Origin: a virus
Lineage: Duplodnaviria > Caudoviricetes
Length of the DNA: 53,252 nucleotides
Strand: one strand, 5' to 3'
Virus record (IMG/VR): IMGVR_UViG_3300013132_000065
Coordinates: 1-53,252 of that record
Position 1 is the first letter of the stretch; each line of letters begins with the position of its first letter. This document shows, in pieces, positions 25,831-35,429 of this stretch. The notes beneath the pieces were generated by a model, which was given only the letters and a program-made list of their open reading frames with translations, was not told the origin of the DNA and did no database searches. The position numbers and the translations under genes were made by a program.

Positions 25831-26883
25831 ATGAAAAACAGAATATTCCCGTTTATCATTGCATTTAGTGCATTATCAGTTTCATTATCAGCGGCGTTTT
25901 ATTCTGTTACAGGATTAAGTAAACTATTTGCAGGTGCTAGTTTTGAGGTACTAATTATGGCATCTTCACTTGAAGTGTCTAAATTAGTTATTGCATCGCT
26001 ATTGTATCAATATTGGCATCAATTAAACAAACTACTACGCACCTACCTAGTATTAGCCTGTACTATTTTAATTCTAATTACTAGTATTGGAATATACGGC
26101 TTTTTATCGGCTGCATATCAACAAACCGCAGCTTCCGCTGGTAGTGTTGATAAACAAATTGAATTAGTTGAAATAAAGCGAGACAATATCAATCAACAAC
26201 TGAGTGTGTATAACGCAGAAAAAACAGATATATCCGCGGCTATTACGGAATTAAGATCTGGCATATCACGCAATGTTGTACAATATACGGATGCACGCGG
26301 TAATCAAGTAACTACTACATCTGCTGCAAATCGTAAAGCTTTAGAACGTCAGTTAGATCAGACAACACAGCGCCAAGCCATACTAAATACAAAAATAGAT
26401 AGTTTGAATACTATTTTATTTGATTATGAAACGCAAATAACAGACTTAAAAATTAATGGTGATACCGCCGGCGAACTAGGACCTTTAAAGTATTTATCTG
26501 GGCTTACGGGTGTTACAATGGATAAAATTATTAACGTACTATTACTCATAATAATTTTTGTATTTGATCCTTTGGCTATATCATTAGTAATAGCGGCAAA
26601 TTTTGCATTCGCACAACTTAAAAAGAAAGATGATGTTATCACGGACAAAGATGACCAACGTGTAGCATTGGTTGAAATGATGCAAACGGACGAAGATAAC
26701 GGATTATATGAAGATGAGCCTGCAGCAACAGCTGACGTTGTAGCCGAGGGTGATATAGATTCTGCTACAGATACTATTACTGATGATGATCGTTTTTGGT
26801 TAGAGGCGATGGCTAAGAAAGAACAGGAATCTACTAAAAAAATTAAAGACCGATATCGAAATTCTTATTGGGCTCAACACTAA
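25831..26883 (+). CDS. membrane protein with coiled coil
   Basis: Three N-terminal TM segments, coiled coil, GELGPLKYL, IIFVFDPLAISL. Confidence 0.75.
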   Translation: MKNRIFPFIIAFSALSVSLSAAFYSVTGLSKLFAGASFEVLIMASSLEVSKLVIASLLYQYWHQLNKLLRTYLVLACTILILITSIGIYGFLSAAYQQTAASAGSVDKQIELVEIKRDNINQQLSVYNAEKTDISAAITELRSGISRNVVQYTDARGNQVTTTSAANRKALERQLDQTTQRQAILNTKIDSLNTILFDYETQITDLKINGDTAGELGPLKYLSGLTGVTMDKIINVLLLIIIFVFDPLAISLVIAANFAFAQLKKKDDVITDKDDQRVALVEMMQTDEDNGLYEDEPAATADVVAEGDIDSATDTITDDDRFWLEAMAKKEQESTKKIKDRYRNSYWAQH

Positions 26884-26892
26884 ACTAGTTTC

Positions 26893-27411
26893 ATGAAAAA
26901 AACTAAATACGATTTTAAAACACGCACACGTAACAATAAACGTTACATGATTTGCCGTAACAGTATTGAAAGTACTACTCATTGGTCATGGGAACATCTT
27001 AAAGATAAGCCTAGATGTAATCGTTGGGAGGAAGTTGGTAAAGATACTGTTGCGGTATTATGCAATGTATGTACTCAGCTAACAGTTCCGCCGCCCGAAC
27101 CTCGTCGTGGGCATGTATCAAAAGGCCGGCCACGCGGATGGCAATTTATGCAAGAATTTGTAGATGCCGATGGCAATGTATTTCATAAAGGTATAGAACA
27201 ACCAACGCTTAAAGGCACATTACAGCCAACAGAAGCTAAAGAACCGCCAAAAAAACTATCTCGTAAAGAGAAAGAGGAACTTAAAGATAAGATATTGCAG
27301 CAAATTGCATTTACTCGAGGTGAAGTAAAAAAAGCTAAGTTTAAAAAGGATATTAAGGCCGGCAATACTAAAATGCGCAGACTGCAACGAGATCTGAAAA
27401 AACTTAACTAA
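26893..27411 (+). CDS. basic hypothetical protein, possible Zn-binding site
   Basis: C...C...CNVC; RPRGWQFMQEFVDADGNVFHKG. Confidence 0.7.
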   Translation: MKKTKYDFKTRTRNNKRYMICRNSIESTTHWSWEHLKDKPRCNRWEEVGKDTVAVLCNVCTQLTVPPPEPRRGHVSKGRPRGWQFMQEFVDADGNVFHKGIEQPTLKGTLQPTEAKEPPKKLSRKEKEELKDKILQQIAFTRGEVKKAKFKKDIKAGNTKMRRLQRDLKKLN

Positions 27412-27414
27412 TTA

Positions 27415-27446
27415 TTTGTGATAAAAATAATTTGTTAATATATTTG
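27415..27446 (+). promoter_or_regulatory. consensus Bacteroidota sigma70 promoter
   Basis: TTTG-N20-TATATTTG, exact -33/-7 consensus. Confidence 0.7.
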
Positions 27447-27451
27447 AATAT

Positions 27452-28045
27452 ATGAGTATATACAATGATACGCCTCAATCTAACAAACAACTTGTTAGTT
27501 TAGAGCAAGTACCTATCACTGATCAGTTATCATCGTTACTTGACTTAAATGATAATATCATTTTTTTAAGCGGTGAAATTGACGAACATGCACTAGCCCA
27601 GTTTATTATGAAAGTACGTATTTTAGACTTTCATAACGCGCCTGAGTATATAAATGTCGTAATCAATTCACCTGGCGGCGACTTACTTGATGCGTTAGGT
27701 ATTATTGATTTCATGGAATCATCTTCTATTAAGTTTAATACAATCTGCCGCGGCGCAGCGTATTCAGCTGCAGCAATGATTTTATTAGCTGGCACGGGCA
27801 CCCGTGTTGCTAGCAAGCGATCATCTATTATGTTACACCAACCTACACAAGATCTTGGGTGGATGACAACATCTGATTTAACTAATATATCAAAGTACAG
27901 TCAGTCTCAATTAGTAGTAATTTATGAACTATTAGAACAACGTACGAATAAAGACACGGTATGGTGGGCCGATAAATTACGTACTGATTTCTGGCTAAGT
28001 GCACAAGATGCATTAGAATTAAATATAATTGACCAAATAATTTAA
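27452..28045 (+). CDS. clpP: ClpP-family serine protease subunit
   Basis: INSPGG, GAAYSAAAMIL (Ser), IMLHQP (His), RTDFWLSAQDALELNIIDQI (Asp). Confidence 0.88.
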   Translation: MSIYNDTPQSNKQLVSLEQVPITDQLSSLLDLNDNIIFLSGEIDEHALAQFIMKVRILDFHNAPEYINVVINSPGGDLLDALGIIDFMESSSIKFNTICRGAAYSAAAMILLAGTGTRVASKRSSIMLHQPTQDLGWMTTSDLTNISKYSQSQLVVIYELLEQRTNKDTVWWADKLRTDFWLSAQDALELNIIDQII

Positions 28046-28047
28046 AC

Positions 28048-28782
28048 ATGAGTTTAACAATAGACCAGATTGCTGAAAATTGGAAAACATACCGTGAACG
28101 CGTTAACGCATGGTTTCCGGAGCGCGCTGAAGCGCTAAACAAAATGTATGATGTCCTCGAGGACCGTATGATGATGATGCCAGCCTCAAGTATTGATCAT
28201 TATCATAATGCATTTGATGGCGGATATGTAGATCACGTACTACGTGTTATGGACTGTGCATCTAAACTGTATTCAGTATGGGGCGAGCTAGGTGCTAGTT
28301 TAGATGGATTTACCGAGGAAGAATTAATGTTCGCTGCAATGCATCATGACTTAGGAAAAGCTGGATTTCCTAATGATGGTGGACAAATTTATGTTGTTAA
28401 TGAGTCAGAGTGGCATCGTAAAAACCAAGGTAAAATGTATTCACATAACCCTAACAACCCATTTACAATGGTACCCGATTTAGGGCTATGGATGTTACAG
28501 AATTTTAAAATTTATGTAACTTGGAATGAATATCAGGGTATACGTATCCATGATGGACTATACGATGACGCAAATAAACCATATTATATTTCTAGGAATG
28601 CTGAGAGTAAGTTACGTACTAACTTACCGATGATTTTGCATCATGCAGATTTGTTAGCAGCACGTATTGAATATGAAATGTGGCGTGATAAATCAGTTAC
28701 AAAATCAACGTCAAAAAAGAAACCTACCGGACCTAAGCCATCAATTGATGCAACTAAATTGTTTGAAGACTTGTTCGGTTGA
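28048..28782 (+). CDS. HD-domain phosphohydrolase
   Basis: HNAFDGGYVDHVLRV, MHHDLGK, IRIHDG, LHHAD. Confidence 0.85.
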   Translation: MSLTIDQIAENWKTYRERVNAWFPERAEALNKMYDVLEDRMMMMPASSIDHYHNAFDGGYVDHVLRVMDCASKLYSVWGELGASLDGFTEEELMFAAMHHDLGKAGFPNDGGQIYVVNESEWHRKNQGKMYSHNPNNPFTMVPDLGLWMLQNFKIYVTWNEYQGIRIHDGLYDDANKPYYISRNAESKLRTNLPMILHHADLLAARIEYEMWRDKSVTKSTSKKKPTGPKPSIDATKLFEDLFG

Positions 28783-28797
28783 TAAACGGAGAATTTA

Positions 28798-29082
28798 ATG
28801 TTAGTAGGATTAATTATTGTAAGTGTTTTATTAGCCGTTGCAATTAGTATTATCATAATGCAATTGATACGGCAGGAAAAATTAGAAGAATATGTTCAAG
28901 ATCTTGAAGACTCAAATACCGAATATTATACATTCTTTAAGACATTACGAGCTCGTATAGGTGATTCGAATGCCGCGCTCCGAGCTGTAGATAGACGCGG
29001 CGCTTTCCAGTCTGACGATGAGGTTGGATTTATTTTCGCTGAAATGCGCCGTATTATAGAAGAACTTGATAGGAGTTTTTAA
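28798..29082 (+). CDS. membrane-anchored coiled-coil protein
   Basis: N-terminal TM segment; FQSDDEVGFIF. Confidence 0.7.
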   Translation: MLVGLIIVSVLLAVAISIIIMQLIRQEKLEEYVQDLEDSNTEYYTFFKTLRARIGDSNAALRAVDRRGAFQSDDEVGFIFAEMRRIIEELDRSF

Positions 29083-29837
29083 TGAACTCTGCACAAGATT
29101 TTTATGATTGGCTCAAAACTCATGAACCTGATGATGATGGTATTAAGCGCGGTCGAAAGCCGTCTAAAAAGCAATATTTTACTATAGTAACGGAGAATGC
29201 AATCGTTGCTTATAATAATGAATCAGATGAACATGAACGTAATAAATTATATAGAAATCATATACATCAGCCATTTGATAAGCTTGTAGAAAATATTTAC
29301 CATACATTTAAATTTAGTTATTTTGATATACCGTACGAAGATATTAAATGCGAAGTCATTGCATTTCTTAATGAAAAAATTCATAAGTATAAAGCCGGTA
29401 AAGGTAAAGCATTTTCCTACTTTTCTATCATTGCAAAGAATTATTTAATAATTCAAAACAATCAGAATTATGCAAAGCTTAAATCTAGAGTAGACGTTAA
29501 TGAAATTGATGATTCGCGTGATTTAGATCGAGAAGTATCGACAAGCGACCAACAAGGTCAATTGCGTGATTTTACAAATCTATGGTGTGAGTGGTATGAC
29601 GTAAATCTATCATCTATATTCACTACTAGTAGAGACATAATTGTAGCGGATGCTATTTTAGAATTATTCCGCATGCGCGATAACATCGAAGATTTTAATA
29701 AAAAGGCCCTGTACATTCTCATCCGAGAGCGTACGGGGTTACGCACACAAAATATTACCAAGGTTATTAATATAATGAAGCGTGACTTTGAAAAAATGTA
29801 TGTAGTATATCATCAGCGCGGCCGAGTGCGTTCATGA
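29082..29837 (+). CDS. phage late-transcription sigma factor (T4 gp55-like)
   Basis: Region-2-like LVENIYHTFKFSY...EDIKCEVIAFLNEKIHKY...KAFSYFSIIAKNYLI. Confidence 0.65.
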   Translation: MNSAQDFYDWLKTHEPDDDGIKRGRKPSKKQYFTIVTENAIVAYNNESDEHERNKLYRNHIHQPFDKLVENIYHTFKFSYFDIPYEDIKCEVIAFLNEKIHKYKAGKGKAFSYFSIIAKNYLIIQNNQNYAKLKSRVDVNEIDDSRDLDREVSTSDQQGQLRDFTNLWCEWYDVNLSSIFTTSRDIIVADAILELFRMRDNIEDFNKKALYILIRERTGLRTQNITKVINIMKRDFEKMYVVYHQRGRVRS

Positions 29838-29873
29838 ACTTGATATTTAGATATTTATTTTAAAGGGACTATT

Positions 29874-30269
29874 ATGGGGCCAAACGATTTTGAACTCTTT
29901 AAAGGTACTACATTTTCAGATTTAATGAAAGATGTGTATCATAATTCCAAAAAAAAATCTAGGCAAATAGATTCTTTAATACAACAATTAGAACCGTTAG
30001 TTAAAAATGTTAGTGATGCAACGCTAATAGTTCCTATGATAAAGGACTATATAGAGGTATCTGTTAAAAACGATGATGCATTAGTTAAATTGGCATCAAT
30101 TGTTCAACGATTAGTTAATACCAATTCTAAAGAAGATAACTCTGAATTTGGGTTATCAGATGAAGAACGTACTAGACTTTTACAGGAGGCAGAGGATGAG
30201 GTAAAGTCATTACGATCTAATCAACCTACACTTAACGAGGATTCGAGTGGAGTACGCACAGGTAGTTGA
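29874..30269 (+). CDS. hypothetical helical protein
   Basis: 131 aa; ATATTTAT at 29851; first gene of the structural operon. Confidence 0.75.
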   Translation: MGPNDFELFKGTTFSDLMKDVYHNSKKKSRQIDSLIQQLEPLVKNVSDATLIVPMIKDYIEVSVKNDDALVKLASIVQRLVNTNSKEDNSEFGLSDEERTRLLQEAEDEVKSLRSNQPTLNEDSSGVRTGS

Positions 30270-31401
30270 TGAAGGTAACGGCGGAGTATATAATCGTACG
30301 ATCATTGATTACAATGGCGAACGACGAGATCGTATGCCTGGCGAAATTTTAGTACGTAAACAAAACAAACGTACTAGTACTCCATCAGAGTTATATGTAG
30401 TGCCAATATTTGACTTTATTACACGCGTGCCATTAAATGGTGAATTGGTCATAATTTTTCAGCTACCAAATGGCAATGCATCAACTAAATACGGCGATTT
30501 ACGTTGGTTTTATTTAACAACGCCGGCCATGCATGGCAGCCGAAATTTAAATATGTTACCATGGATAATGAATACTGTAGTACCGGGTTCAATGTTAGGC
30601 TCGGTCGGCGGAATTGCAAATGCCCAAGAACCAAAACAAAATACATTTAAAGAAAAGACCGTACCCGATCTTCAACCATATGAAGGTGATTTAATTATCA
30701 ATGATAGGTTCGGCTCTTCTATTAGATTTACAGCCGGCATAGATAAATCTGCACGCGCAGGTGATGGTTCTGTGTTATATTCTGCTTTACCGCCATGGGA
30801 TGGGCCCGCGGGCGACCCATTAATGGTCATTACAACTGGCAATTCAACTAATTCATCTAAATATGCAATTGAAAACTTTGATACTGATGCTGGTAGCATT
30901 ATTTTATCAACGTCTCAAAAGATTGATATATCAGCTGCGCATGACAATTTAGGTAAAGGCATTACGCCGATACGTAATTACAATAAGCCGCAAATATTAC
31001 TAAATAGTGACAGAGTCATTATAAATAGTAAAACTGATGAAATTGTATTATCAGGTAAACGAACTGTTTCTGTAGTAACGCCAAATTGGGCATCGGATAT
31101 GGATCGTTTTTTTAGCATGGTCGGCGATATGCATAATGAGCTAAAAAGTTTACAAACTGAAGTATCAGCACTTTCAGCACAAGTAAATGCATTAGCATCG
31201 ACGGCCGTCACATACGGCACGACTCAATCGACTATAATTGCAGCGGCCCCTATATTTGCGCCTTTAGCACCGCCAAATGCTACATTAATAACATCGGCTA
31301 CGGGCGTTGTAACGCAGACGTCATTAATAACGGGTAAACTGCTTCAAATTAAAACAAATCTAGGTAAAATTGATACAATTTTATCAACTCTAAAACAATG
31401 A
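30247..31401 (+). CDS. probable baseplate hub/central spike (gp5-like) protein
   Basis: PLNGELVII, YEGDLIINDRFGSSIRF, QILLNSDRVIINSK; lies before gp25- and gp6-like genes. Confidence 0.5.
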   Translation: MEYAQVVDEGNGGVYNRTIIDYNGERRDRMPGEILVRKQNKRTSTPSELYVVPIFDFITRVPLNGELVIIFQLPNGNASTKYGDLRWFYLTTPAMHGSRNLNMLPWIMNTVVPGSMLGSVGGIANAQEPKQNTFKEKTVPDLQPYEGDLIINDRFGSSIRFTAGIDKSARAGDGSVLYSALPPWDGPAGDPLMVITTGNSTNSSKYAIENFDTDAGSIILSTSQKIDISAAHDNLGKGITPIRNYNKPQILLNSDRVIINSKTDEIVLSGKRTVSVVTPNWASDMDRFFSMVGDMHNELKSLQTEVSALSAQVNALASTAVTYGTTQSTIIAAAPIFAPLAPPNATLITSATGVVTQTSLITGKLLQIKTNLGKIDTILSTLKQ

Positions 31402-31424
31402 CATATTTATTATAAAGGAAGTTT

Positions 31425-31850
31425 ATGAAAACCGAATCATTTCTAAATACACTACGTAAAATTATCCGAGAAGAAGTACGTAATGCTGTACGACAAGAAT
31501 TGAATGAGGCTCTTAACACAAAAAAGCCTTATAAAGAAGTTATTAACCATGGCGTAAATTTACAGCGCGAAGCAACAAAGCCAGCTGCTAGAAAACAATA
31601 CGTTAAAAACGAAATGTTAAATAATATTCTAAATGAAACATCGACTATCAATGATGGCGGATGGGACACATTAGAATTTAAATCAGAACTAGCTCAGGCA
31701 TATGGCATGAATTCTACAAATATAATTCAAGATATGTCTGGCAATGCATTTGATGTTAATGATTTAAAGAAAACTGACGCCGGCGCCGCTGTGGCAAATG
31801 CACTTACTAGAGACTATTCGTCATTAATGAAAGCTATCAATAAAAAATAA
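31425..31850 (+). CDS. hypothetical protein with IIREE motif
   Basis: LRKIIREEVRNAVRQELNE; ATATTTAT at 31403. Confidence 0.75.
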   Translation: MKTESFLNTLRKIIREEVRNAVRQELNEALNTKKPYKEVINHGVNLQREATKPAARKQYVKNEMLNNILNETSTINDGGWDTLEFKSELAQAYGMNSTNIIQDMSGNAFDVNDLKKTDAGAAVANALTRDYSSLMKAINKK

Positions 31851-31862
31851 GGATAACTAGTA

Positions 31863-32399
31863 TTGGCACGGACAATTTATAGATATGAACCAAATCGACA
31901 GACGCCGGATAAAGGAATAGGCATTTTATTGCCATTTAATAAAGCTGCCGTCGGTCGTTCTACACAAGAAACTTCATATCAGTCCGGAGTTGATGGTAAA
32001 GGCGTATTTAATACATCGTATACAACTGAAGCACAGTCTATTAGCAATTTACAGAATTTGTTATTGACAGTGAAAGGTGAGCGTCTAATGCAGCCTGACT
32101 TTGGTACTCGAATCAAAGAATATTTATTTCAACCAGCAACACCACAAGTAGCTGATGAGTTGTCAGATTCTATATCAGCTGATATTAATTTTTGGTTGCC
32201 TTATATCGTACTTAATAATGTAGATGTCATTATTAATGAACATAGAATCGACATACGTATACGATTCCGCGCATCTCAGACTGGCGCTAATTTAGTTATC
32301 AACTTATTTGCACAAGAAAATGTAATACTTACATCTGAAGCTGTTATTGATGATTCAGTAACATCTGGTAGATTAGTTGAGGTATTTGGAGGATTTTAA
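31863..32399 (+). CDS. baseplate wedge protein, gp25/GpW-like
   Basis: NLQNLLLTVKGERLMQPDFGT...INFWLPYI. Confidence 0.85.
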   Translation: MARTIYRYEPNRQTPDKGIGILLPFNKAAVGRSTQETSYQSGVDGKGVFNTSYTTEAQSISNLQNLLLTVKGERLMQPDFGTRIKEYLFQPATPQVADELSDSISADINFWLPYIVLNNVDVIINEHRIDIRIRFRASQTGANLVINLFAQENVILTSEAVIDDSVTSGRLVEVFGGF

Positions 32400-34276
32400 T
32401 GACACTAGTAAAGAAAGATGTAAAATACCTTAATAAAGATTTTGCACAATTTAGGCAAAATTTAATTAACTTCGCTAGGGCATATTATCCTAACACATAC
32501 AGCGATTTTAACGAATCATCGCCTGGCATGATGTTTATGGAGATGGCATCGTATGTAGGCGATGTATTATCATATTATACAGATACGGCATTTAGAGAAT
32601 CGTTATTAACTAGTGCAAACGAAGAGGCTAATGTAATACAATTAGCACAGTTATTTGGCTATAAGCCTAGGCTAAACTCTCCGGCAATCGTAGAATTAGA
32701 CGTATACCAACTAGTTCCGGCAATTGGTACTGGTGCAAATGCTCGGCCCGATAACCGATATGCATTAACAATTCAGCCAGGTATGCAGGTAACAGGCAAT
32801 GATAATATTGTATTTCGTACATTATCTTCTGTAGATTTTACCTCATCTAGTTCATTTGATCCGTTAGATATAACTGTATATGAAATTGATGGATCTGGGA
32901 ATGTGCAGTATTATTTATATAAAAAGAAAGTCCGTGCAATATCAGGCAATGTAAAGTCTCAATCTTATACATTTACTGATCCAAAGCCTTACGATAAAAT
33001 TGTTTTATCTGACACAAATGTGTTAGAGATAATAAGTATTGTCAGCGATGAAGGCTCTACATGGCGCGAAGTAGATTACTTAGCACAAGATACGGTTTTT
33101 GAAGACATTGAAAACATCCCGTTTAATGAGCCAGGTCTATCACAGTATAGAAGTTCTGTGCCATATATACTAAAATTACGTCGTACGCCACGTAGATTTA
33201 TTACTAGAATACGTGAAGACCAGCGTACTGAGATACAATTTGGTTCTGGCATTAGTTCAGATTCTGATGAAGAATTGATTCCTAACCCAATTAATATTGG
33301 TAGTGGGTTAGATTATTTATCACGTACGACTAATAACAACATTGACCCGTCAAATTTTTTATATACTAGTACATATGGACTAGCACCTAACAACGAAACA
33401 TTGACTGTTACATATGCAGTAGGTGGCGGTGTTCAAGACAATGTAAGTGTTAATACATTAACATCGATTATATCGATTGATTATAATACTACTACGCAAA
33501 TATATGGTGTTGATTTAAACTTTGTTAAATCATCAGTCGCCGTTAATAACATTTCTGCAGCAGGTGGCGGAAAAACTCGCGATGATATTGATAATATACG
33601 CCAAAATGCTATGGCAGCATTTGCTGCACAAAATCGTGCTATAACACGTGAAGATTACATTGCTCGGTGTTATGCAATGCCGGCAAAATATGGGTCAGTT
33701 GCAAAGGCATACATAGTAAGTGATACTCAAATTGATACATCAGATAATGATTATCCGCGTGAAACGATATCTAATCCGTTAGCATTAAATTTATATACAT
33801 TAGGATATGATTCTAACGGTAATTTCGTATCATTAAATGACGCCGTTAAGGAAAATTTACGTACGTACTTGTCAAATTATCGTATGTTAACAGATGCAAT
33901 TAATATTAAAACTGCATATGTCATCAATATAGGCGTAGAGTTTGATATCATAGCTAGGCCTAATGCTAACAGTAATGAGGTCATTTTACGTTGTATTAGC
34001 CGGCTCAAAACATTACTAAACAATAGCCGAATGCAGATTAACGGCAGTATAAACATATCAAACTTAATGACTGAATTAGATAAACTAGATGGCGTACAGA
34101 GCGTACCTAGGTTAGAAATTACAAATAATTATGACCCGTCATACGGCTATAGCGGTAATGTATATAGTATTTCTGGCGCTACTAAAAACGGTATCATCTA
34201 CCCTAGCCTAGACCCTAGTATATTTGAAGTTAAATATCCCGACTCGGATATACGTGGACGGATTGTAAAGGCATAA
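32399..34276 (+). CDS. baseplate wedge subunit, gp6/J-like
   Basis: YLNKDFAQFRQNL, SYVGDVLSYY, IQFGSG, QNRAITREDY. Confidence 0.85.
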   Translation: MTLVKKDVKYLNKDFAQFRQNLINFARAYYPNTYSDFNESSPGMMFMEMASYVGDVLSYYTDTAFRESLLTSANEEANVIQLAQLFGYKPRLNSPAIVELDVYQLVPAIGTGANARPDNRYALTIQPGMQVTGNDNIVFRTLSSVDFTSSSSFDPLDITVYEIDGSGNVQYYLYKKKVRAISGNVKSQSYTFTDPKPYDKIVLSDTNVLEIISIVSDEGSTWREVDYLAQDTVFEDIENIPFNEPGLSQYRSSVPYILKLRRTPRRFITRIREDQRTEIQFGSGISSDSDEELIPNPINIGSGLDYLSRTTNNNIDPSNFLYTSTYGLAPNNETLTVTYAVGGGVQDNVSVNTLTSIISIDYNTTTQIYGVDLNFVKSSVAVNNISAAGGGKTRDDIDNIRQNAMAAFAAQNRAITREDYIARCYAMPAKYGSVAKAYIVSDTQIDTSDNDYPRETISNPLALNLYTLGYDSNGNFVSLNDAVKENLRTYLSNYRMLTDAINIKTAYVINIGVEFDIIARPNANSNEVILRCISRLKTLLNNSRMQINGSINISNLMTELDKLDGVQSVPRLEITNNYDPSYGYSGNVYSISGATKNGIIYPSLDPSIFEVKYPDSDIRGRIVKA

Positions 34277-34277
34277 C

Positions 34278-35429
34278 ATGTATAAATTGTATTATATTGA
34301 CCGCGATGCTACTATATATGAACGGTACCCTGAACGTAATACCGGCGGTGACGCTATTTTAGAATTAACAAAAATTGTATGCGGTTCACGTGATGATAAC
34401 CGTAATATAATAGCTGATACATATAATACTAGAATTTTATTAGATTGTAGTACACAGATATCATCGTTACGCAATGATGTAAACTCTGGCAGAATGCCGG
34501 CATTTGCTAATCATCCGTTATCATCATCGGCGTATATATCACTACGATTGGCAAATGGCGATTCAGTTCCTAGTAATTTTTCAATTGAAGCATATCCACT
34601 ATCAGAATCTTGGTCAGCTGGCACAGGCGTATATGATTCGATACCCGAATCTAGACTTGGCGCATCATGGTATTATCGTACCGGCACTGACGTAAATTCA
34701 ACCTTAGCTTGGAATACGGGGTCTGCGGAATCTTCACAACAAGAGAGTGTTACACGAAATGGCGGCGGCACGTGGCTAACCGAATCTATTTACAAAGCTG
34801 TACAGTCGTTTACTAACAACCAGACAATAGATGTACGGCTAAATGTTACTAACATTGTTAATGCATGGATATCATCTGACATAACTGATCATGGATTAGT
34901 TATTAAATGGCCTCATGAGGTAGAAATATCTGATCAAGTAGCCGGCAGTTTAAAGTTTTTTAGTCGCGAATCGAATACAATTTTTGTACCTAGGCTTGAA
35001 GTAGGTTATAATGACACCGTATTAACGGGCACAGGGTCATTTGCATCAATAACTAGTAATACATATGTACCATATTTCACAAATCTACGTGCTAAATATC
35101 ATGAAGCTGACAAATCAAAATTACGCTTAAGCGTTCGTCCCGAATTTCCTATCCGTACATATCAAACATCATCAGTTTATTTAGACAACTATCGGTTACC
35201 GGTAACATCATATTGGAGTGTAATTGACTCGGTAACGCGTGATACTATCATACCATTTAATACAGGTTCTACTCAAGTATCATGTGATGCCAATGGAAGT
35301 TATATTGCATTAGACTTTAATTCATTTATGACCGAACGTTATTATAATATCGTTTTGCGTATTGAGCGTGATAACGGCAATGACATACAAATTCACGACA
35401 ATAAATACTATTTTAAAGTTGAAAGATAA
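34278..35429 (+). CDS. virion structural protein (DNRLRE-like beta-sandwich)
   Basis: DATIYE..NTG, RILL, NVTNIVNAW, HGLVIK, FFSRES..PRLEV; operon context. Confidence 0.6.
   Translation: MYKLYYIDRDATIYERYPERNTGGDAILELTKIVCGSRDDNRNIIADTYNTRILLDCSTQISSLRNDVNSGRMPAFANHPLSSSAYISLRLANGDSVPSNFSIEAYPLSESWSAGTGVYDSIPESRLGASWYYRTGTDVNSTLAWNTGSAESSQQESVTRNGGGTWLTESIYKAVQSFTNNQTIDVRLNVTNIVNAWISSDITDHGLVIKWPHEVEISDQVAGSLKFFSRESNTIFVPRLEVGYNDTVLTGTGSFASITSNTYVPYFTNLRAKYHEADKSKLRLSVRPEFPIRTYQTSSVYLDNYRLPVTSYWSVIDSVTRDTIIPFNTGSTQVSCDANGSYIALDFNSFMTERYYNIVLRIERDNGNDIQIHDNKYYFKVER

Noticed and set aside
27452-28045. ClpP as the protease that removes the LLxE leaders
   Set aside because: It follows a host-type promoter and is not in a head gene cluster. 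Glu-specific maturation in T4-like phages is done by a gp21-type protease, which is not in this window.
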